Positions 63,291 to 64,000 of a stretch of 64,000 nucleotides of DNA are shown here, piece after piece (the first letter of the stretch is position 1; every line of letters starts with the position of its first letter). The notes under the pieces are model-generated. The model had not been told where the DNA came from, did not search any database, and saw nothing but the letters and a program-made list of their open reading frames with translations. The position numbers and the translations under genes were made by a program. The stretch lies in NCBI RefSeq assembly GCF_963921235.1, contig NC_086098.1:154566001-154630000 (forward strand), written 5' to 3'. Source of the DNA: Mobula hypostoma. Taxonomy: Eukaryota.

Positions 63291-64000
63291 GGAGTTCACA
63301 ATTATCATGTACTTTTTTCACACATATAAATTTTTCCATTTTTTTATATGTATAAAACTACAATTATTTATACATTCTTAAGTACACATTGAGATGATAT
63401 AAAAGGAAAATAAACATTTAAATAGATAATTATGTACTGTGGTAAATCTAACCTATTAGGCTAAGTAATGAAATTAGTTGTTAAGAAAAATGGTAATAAT
63501 AGTTTCCATACAACCCTTCTGGACCATTTCCACTGGTCCAAAATGTTGCATACAAGCCTATATACCAACCATTGTAGGTGTTTATATCCCAATTTGTTCG
63601 TGCTTGTTCCTGCCCGCAGACATAATTATCCAATCCTTATGTACTTATTTACTTAATTTTTTCATTTTTTTTTATCCCTTTCCAAATCTTTCCCTTTACT
63701 TGTGTTAATTCTCTATTTTCCAAAAAAAAACAACAAACATTTAGATTAGGGGTGCTTACGTTAGCAATATTACTGTGTTGATGAGAAGAGCAATATAACT
63801 CATTGGGAGAGTCATCTAAAGTCTGCTCGATTGATTTCTTACTTGCCGCTAAGAGGTCTTGCAGCAACTTTATATCTTCCTTCTGTTCAAGGAACAATAC
63901 ATGCCCCAAATAGAGAGTCTCAAGGTTCAGAGGTATCTGGGACCTAACTACCTTAACTAATGTTCTATGAATACCTTCCCAAAATAGACTTAATTTAGGG
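63259..64000 (-). mobile_element. L1-like LINE 3' end, antisense, running off the window
   Basis: Poly(T) start; minus-strand translation IPLNLETLYLGHV...LLAASKKSI resembles the ORF2 C-terminus of the L1 at 44439-49744. Confidence 0.7.

Larger units (their letters stand above)
5640..64000 (+). repeat. Tandem segmental duplication of an IgL cluster unit (unit 1 ~5640-19463; unit 2 ~29596-50600; unit 3 ~50885 onward)
   Basis: Colinear paralogous non-coding blocks, for example 8640-9000 / 30225-30550 / 51040-51370; 10490-11950 / 31120-32440 / 53950-59433; 18620-19420 / 49745-50600. Confidence 0.92.

Overview
Eukaryotic, repeat-dense genomic DNA from a cartilaginous fish. A ray is likely, inferred from the repeat families. 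The window holds three tandemly duplicated immunoglobulin lambda (type II) light-chain clusters on the + strand, each with a germline-joined V-J and no RSS. Cluster 1 (leader 11955, VJ 12095-12442) is an intact ORF with an intact octamer promoter, but its C exon was removed by a ~7.4 kb deletion. Cluster 2 (32441-36900) is complete: promoter, leader, VJ and C. Cluster 3 (59434-63290) is a multiply damaged pseudogene. The rest is mostly transposable elements: Penelope-like elements carrying minimal hammerhead ribozymes, a Gmr1-order Gypsy element (19464-29595), solo LTRs, a full-length decayed L1, many CR1 and Rex/L2 fragments, a tRNA-derived SINE and Tc1-like remnants. The most unexpected observation is a non-autonomous LTR retrotransposon (54550-58699) whose internal region carries an intronless, internally deleted fragment of myosin heavy chain rod sequence. 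TE boundaries without a stated target-site duplication (TSD) are approximate. All protein similarities were recognised by eye, with no database search.
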